Shown in pieces: positions 59,273 to 64,000 of a stretch of 64,000 nucleotides of DNA. The stretch spans positions 1 through 64,000 of IMG/VR virus record IMGVR_UViG_3300046096_000928. One strand, 5' to 3'. Origin of the DNA: a virus. Position 1 is the first letter of the stretch. The number at the start of each line of letters is the position of its first letter. A program made the position numbers and the translations under genes. A model generated the notes under the pieces. That model was not told the origin of the DNA, did no database searches, and saw only the letters and a program-made list of their open reading frames with translations.

Positions 59273-60013
59273 ATGGCAGAAAAAGCAGTAATTGCGTCAG
59301 TAGATTTTGGATACACAAAGATAGAAGGATTGATGTTGCCTGATGGGAGCTATCGAATGGGTGTTAGTCAAATAGCCGTACTTTTACAGTTCAACACAAG
59401 TCAAGCATCGAGATACATAAGAAATTTACTCGGGAATGATCGCCAATTAGTAAAGATAGAATCTGATCTGAATAATAAACCGATCAATACTGTAACATTA
59501 GAACAATTTGAAGAGATTGTGCATAAAGCCACTCTAAAAGGAAATACACAAGCAATCGAACTATGGAATCAGAAAAACCCTACTTTAACGATACAAAAGA
59601 AAAAACGAGATATAAAAAAGAAGACTGGGTATGTTTATTTATTAGAAGGTGTTGATGTTTTAAAAGTAGGGTTTTCCACCAACATAAAAAATAGAATAAA
59701 AACATTACAGCGATGGGGCGGGGAGTTAAGTCTTTTAATGCAAATAAAAGGGGATATTCCTTTAGAAAGAAGACTACATTCAGAATTACATAAAACAGGT
59801 AAATATTTTGGTGATGAATGGTATCCGTTATCTCGCAGAAAAGAAATAATCGATTTAATGGCAGTCCAACATTTTAAATGTAATCGTGACAATATGACAA
59901 CTGATCAGCAAGAAATGATCACTGATTTTGAACGAACTGTTAAACGTTTTGCTTTAAAATATGATCATGCTACCCCGATGGAATTAATTGATAAAGCATT
60001 GGAGACATTTTAA
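59273..60013 (+). CDS. Phage DNA-binding N-domain plus GIY-YIG/T5orf172 domain
   Basis: IEGLMLPDGSY; GYVYLL...KVGFS...GDEWY. Confidence 0.7.
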   Translation: MAEKAVIASVDFGYTKIEGLMLPDGSYRMGVSQIAVLLQFNTSQASRYIRNLLGNDRQLVKIESDLNNKPINTVTLEQFEEIVHKATLKGNTQAIELWNQKNPTLTIQKKKRDIKKKTGYVYLLEGVDVLKVGFSTNIKNRIKTLQRWGGELSLLMQIKGDIPLERRLHSELHKTGKYFGDEWYPLSRRKEIIDLMAVQHFKCNRDNMTTDQQEMITDFERTVKRFALKYDHATPMELIDKALETF

Positions 60014-60244
60014 ACTTAATCGCAAACCAAAATTAGAGCAATAGATAAAATAACTTTTCTTGATTAAATTATCTATTGCTTTTTCTTTATTCTCTTTAGT
60101 TGCTGACATGGTTTGAGTGAACAGATAGATATATTGGAAGTTTTTATAATATCTTTATCTGTAAAACATTTAATTCTAAGGTTGTTAAATTGTTTTTAGG
60201 CATGATTAATTATATAGTAAATTTATAGCTATGATCCTTTTCAG

Positions 60245-60997
60245 CTATGATGACAGATTCTCCAACTCTACTAACTGATCGAATAATTCATTACTTTTGG
60301 CTAACTGATTATTTAGATAATTATTATCCGAAGGTAATCCGTCGACTATTGGTAATTTATGAATTATACCGTCTTCAATTAATTCATAAATACTGACATC
60401 TTCTATCTTTAAACAAGAATTTTTTGGCACAATATTTTGATTTTTTATTCCTTTCGCTTTTATCGCTAAGGTTAAAGCATTTAAAATATAAGGGCTATCA
60501 GTAGTAAAAATAAAAAGATTATCACTATTATTAACCTCTTCTAATTTCTGATATAATTTTTTTACTTGCTCTTTTACTGACAATCCTTCTTCTATATTTA
60601 TAGCTATGATTTTTCCATCAAATACTTTATTCTGATCTATTAAACTAATAAATTTAGATTTTTCTGTGAGTGATCTTAATTTAAGTTGTCTATCTATAAA
60701 TTCAAATTTAAAATTATTCATTATGGCTATTAGCTCAGTAGTCTCAGAACAAGGAGTGCAATCTATTAAATACCAATTATCGAAATTAGGTAAAATAATA
60801 TCTGTCTTTTCATTTTGTCGATAGCGATAATCTAAAAATAGGAATTTCAAAATTAATTTATAGATTTCTTTATTGCCATGTTGCCCAGTGAATAAAGTTA
60901 CTTTTGTGATCTCCATAAAACCATCATTTTCTTGATAGCCTGATTTGATATTCCCTAAGTTTTTTACCTTGATTTTTAGCATTTTATTTATTCCCAA
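60245..60997 (-). CDS. Degenerate AAA_15/ABC-type ATPase
   Basis: KNLGNIK...TLFTG (no GKS), IEEG, TTDSPYILN. Confidence 0.55.
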   Translation of the reverse strand: MGINKMLKIKVKNLGNIKSGYQENDGFMEITKVTLFTGQHGNKEIYKLILKFLFLDYRYRQNEKTDIILPNFDNWYLIDCTPCSETTELIAIMNNFKFEFIDRQLKLRSLTEKSKFISLIDQNKVFDGKIIAINIEEGLSVKEQVKKLYQKLEEVNNSDNLFIFTTDSPYILNALTLAIKAKGIKNQNIVPKNSCLKIEDVSIYELIEDGIIHKLPIVDGLPSDNNYLNNQLAKSNELFDQLVELENLSS

Positions 60998-61295
60998 TAA
61001 TAGTTACCATTTGATAAGTCGCAAAATGTTCTTTAATCACTCCTATTAATTGTGTATGCTTTTTATCTCCGTAAATCTCAAGATATTTTTCGCCCTTAGA
61101 AATAAAATACCAATGATCAGGTACAGCAGTAACAAGATAATCACCATCTTCTGCTATTATCTCACAACCTAATTCAATTAATTCCTTATGAACAAGGTTT
61201 TTAGGTTGTTTGCTCCAATGCTTGTAAGCGGGGAAATTGATAATCATTTTCTCATGTTGTATAAATGCCGTTAATTCTAATTGTTCATTTTTCAT
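60984..61295 (-). CDS. Hypothetical protein
   Basis: Overlaps neighbours in the operon. Confidence 0.5.
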   Translation of the reverse strand: MKNEQLELTAFIQHEKMIINFPAYKHWSKQPKNLVHKELIELGCEIIAEDGDYLVTAVPDHWYFISKGEKYLEIYGDKKHTQLIGVIKEHFATYQMVTIIGNK

Positions 61296-61647
61296 AATTC
61301 ACTACGATTACTCTAATATTTTTCTCTTTAGCTATATTAATCATGTGTTGAGTACCTTTGCTTACACCATTCCAAAAGGCAATTAGCCCGTCTGCTATTT
61401 CAGCCATTTGTTGATTTCTTTTATACCCAGCTGACTTACCATAACGATCCCAGTCTGCTGGATATTTTAATATTTCAAATCCATTCTCAATAGCGTATTT
61501 TTCTCCTAAACTATCCGCTCCTTTAGCACGACCACTAATCACTGTGATACCGTTATTTTTCTGGTTAATAAGTAGCTGATCGCACTTAGTTTTTAATAAA
61601 TCATAATCAGAAAAATAACGAGTGCCACAAATAATTACTTTAAACAT
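61285..61647 (-). CDS. YspA/SLOG-family (DUF2493) protein
   Basis: CGTRYF, SGRAKGAD, ADWDRYGKSAG...RN, AFWNGVSKGT. Confidence 0.85.
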   Translation of the reverse strand: MFKVIICGTRYFSDYDLLKTKCDQLLINQKNNGITVISGRAKGADSLGEKYAIENGFEILKYPADWDRYGKSAGYKRNQQMAEIADGLIAFWNGVSKGTQHMINIAKEKNIRVIVVNYEK

Positions 61648-63160
61648 CTTGTTTATAATTTTCTTTTTGTTGTGATACTTTTTCTAATTCTAAACCTAGA
61701 TAACCGATATGTAAAGGATCAATACTTGGGTTATCTTTGGCGATCTCTCGTATTAAAATTAATGGATTTTGTCCGTAATATTCTTTTATCAAATTATCCT
61801 GTTTGTCAAGATGTAATACTTTAATTTTTTCTTTATATTTTATTTCCTGATCATATTCAATAATAAAATTACCAACAGGATCGGCATAAGTTATTTTTTT
61901 ATTCCCATAATATTGAGTTTCAATTAAACTATCGGCATTTTCAAAACAATCATCATAAATGTGTGCCGATTGACTAATTGTTATTAATGGTGCTAACTCA
62001 AGTTTACTATCTACATTGTCTCTAATGTGTACTTGTAATGCCCTTAATCCCATCGCATTAGCTACCCAAGCACTAAACATATCATTACTACGAAAAGTAG
62101 CCGTCATGCTTAATTTATTATCGATTATACGCACCCATATATGATTAAGACAAGGTGACCCCCCATGTTCATGGTCACTATCACCAGCATTACGTCCATA
62201 ACGTGCTAATTCAAAAGGCAATGATTCAGGCATACCACAATCATCAATTACTTTAATTGTATTACGTTCACAACCGCTACCAGAATCCCATAAATTCATA
62301 ACGGCACTAGCCGAATCAGTTTCTTTTTTTAATTTGTCGATTACTTCTTTAATTTGATCCTTGCCAAACCATGAACGTAATCTTTGACCATAAGTATATT
62401 TAACACCTTCTTTATACGGAGCATCTTCTAACATTTGTGGTAGATAATTAGTAATATAGTTTTGATCGACAGGTAAATAATTGGGAGTTGGGAAATAAAA
62501 ATCGCTAGGTTCATCTGTAATTATTGCTTTTAAATCAATTAATTCTTGCCATTTACCATCATATCCAGTTGGTCTTATTGTGCCATTAGTTCTTATTCTA
62601 TGAATAATTTTTACCCATGTATCGGCAATAGTTTTACCTGTTACTGTATGGGAATAAATATTACTTGGGTTTATTGCTGTTTTACTTTCTTTTATTTCAA
62701 ATTCGTAATATTTACGTTTCTTACGTTTGGCAAACTGTTTCTCATATATCCCCATAGGCTCTTGATACGTCACCGTAATCGAATTTCTTAATTCTTCTAA
62801 GGCTTTTTTAGTTATCTCTATATCTAAGTATCCTTTAATCTTTGAATTAATCTCCCATTTATTGTTTTCTTGCGTAATACCGTACTTGAAAAAATCAAAT
62901 AGACATTTACAACTACCACTATTTTGATCTTCTCTAGTGGTGCTTAGAACCCTCAATTGTGTAATCTGAGGATTTAATAATAAATTCCTAATTAGAAAAT
63001 TTATTCCTCTTGAAGGGCTGTAAAGATTCCCTATTGCCGCATATTCTTTAGATGCTAACTTTTTGGCGATCGCCTCTTTAGGTGTCCAGCCAGTGACAAT
63101 AACTAGATCATCGCCTGTCCCATAAATTAATTGATTCGGTTTATGAATTGCTTTATACAT
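61640..63160 (-). CDS. thyA: Cyanobacterial-type thymidylate synthase with MtrA-like N-terminus and DUF4346 C-terminus
   Basis: YTYGQRL, SPCL, FRSND, SAHIY; DPVGNF...HIGYLGLEL. Confidence 0.85.
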   Translation of the reverse strand: MYKAIHKPNQLIYGTGDDLVIVTGWTPKEAIAKKLASKEYAAIGNLYSPSRGINFLIRNLLLNPQITQLRVLSTTREDQNSGSCKCLFDFFKYGITQENNKWEINSKIKGYLDIEITKKALEELRNSITVTYQEPMGIYEKQFAKRKKRKYYEFEIKESKTAINPSNIYSHTVTGKTIADTWVKIIHRIRTNGTIRPTGYDGKWQELIDLKAIITDEPSDFYFPTPNYLPVDQNYITNYLPQMLEDAPYKEGVKYTYGQRLRSWFGKDQIKEVIDKLKKETDSASAVMNLWDSGSGCERNTIKVIDDCGMPESLPFELARYGRNAGDSDHEHGGSPCLNHIWVRIIDNKLSMTATFRSNDMFSAWVANAMGLRALQVHIRDNVDSKLELAPLITISQSAHIYDDCFENADSLIETQYYGNKKITYADPVGNFIIEYDQEIKYKEKIKVLHLDKQDNLIKEYYGQNPLILIREIAKDNPSIDPLHIGYLGLELEKVSQQKENYKQDV

Positions 63161-63409
63161 CTTTTTCTTTTAAAATTTTGTTAAAATATGAGAAATTACA
63201 AACAAGCTACAAAATGAACAATAAAAAAAATTTACCACATTTCGACTTTGAATTAAAATTAGAGCAAGAGTTTAGAATAAGAGAAGCTAAACTCTTGGTT
63301 TCTCTTATAAGTAGGGAAGAGTTAGAACAACTTTTTATTAGTATTTTTACCCATAAATTGAGGCAGGATAATCAATTAACATTGATGTATAAAAAATCTT
63401 TTCTTTGAT

Positions 63410-63640
63410 TTATGGTAATCCTTTTACATTAAAGCAATGAGTTATAAAACGCTGATACTTTAAATAAAATTCTCTGAGTTTCCCATCAAGAAATCTGCCC
63501 CTATTCATTTCTGGTTTATTTAAAATGATATGAGAAATAGAAAGTAAGCTATTTAATTCAGTAATTAATTCATGCTTATTTGCCCTTTCTATTTCCAATA
63601 TTTCCATCATAATAGGAGTCACTTTTTTATCCATCGCCAA
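63410..63640 (-). CDS. Hypothetical protein
   Basis: 76-aa ORF. Confidence 0.4.
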   Translation of the reverse strand: MAMDKKVTPIMMEILEIERANKHELITELNSLLSISHIILNKPEMNRGRFLDGKLREFYLKYQRFITHCFNVKGLP

Positions 63641-64000
63641 TATGTTTAATATCTATTTTTCTTTAGTTGAATCATTAGTTTCGAGATATTTAATGGCTTC
63701 TAAATCCATGATTACTCCTATTTTGTTTCTCAATCTTCACAATAATGTTCTAAAAGAAATTCTATACATTTTCTGTAGTCATTATCGGATTCCATCTTTT
63801 TTGCTAACCAGCTATAGCACTCTTCAGAAGGTTCGATTTTATCTATATTTTTATTAGGCAATTGCTCTTTATCTTTATCCATCATTTTTTACTCCTATTT
63901 TGTTTGTTTTTCTTTTAATTCTTTAAGTCGATTAGTCTTATCTAATGCCTCGAAATAATCATCATAATAATTTACATTAGTAGTGCCTTCTCTACATTTT

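Noticed and set aside
1882-63857. Short antisense or overlapping track ORFs (e.g. 1882, 5085, 8283, 8858, 23960, 28398, 31262, 53973, 59635, 62546)
   Set aside because: Shadow frames of well-supported genes on the opposite strand.

Overview
Very AT-rich window dominated by a large tailed phage or prophage of a cyanobacterium. The host assignment rests on 15 HIP1 sites (GCGATCGC) counted by eye and on cyanobacterial genes hemB, ybeY, DUF3285, DUF3288 and a DUF4346-type thymidylate synthase. Replication and nucleotide genes include dnaG, an SF2 helicase, nrdB, thyA, phoH and a tRNA(CAT). Virion genes are intact but scattered on both strands: DUF1073-type portal, DUF2213-type protease separated from its scaffold, DUF2184-type capsid, DUF4054 adaptor, RcGTA-like tail tip and endolysin. 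Many methyltransferase and antirepressor genes are pseudogenised. No integrase, terminase or tape measure was seen, so phage versus prophage versus domesticated element cannot be decided. The most notable features are non-coding. (1) A covarying two-hairpin 5' leader occurs five times, each in front of a different antirepressor-family gene and four times directly behind a DNA methyltransferase gene. (2) A ~300-bp dispersed element with 15-bp-period CCT-N6-AGG units occurs four times. (3) A promoter with an invariant 17-bp spacer occurs five times in an early-gene cassette region. (4) A candidate ~70-nt sRNA. (5) Long perfect palindromes at gene junctions. All family names come from motif recognition by eye; no searches were run.
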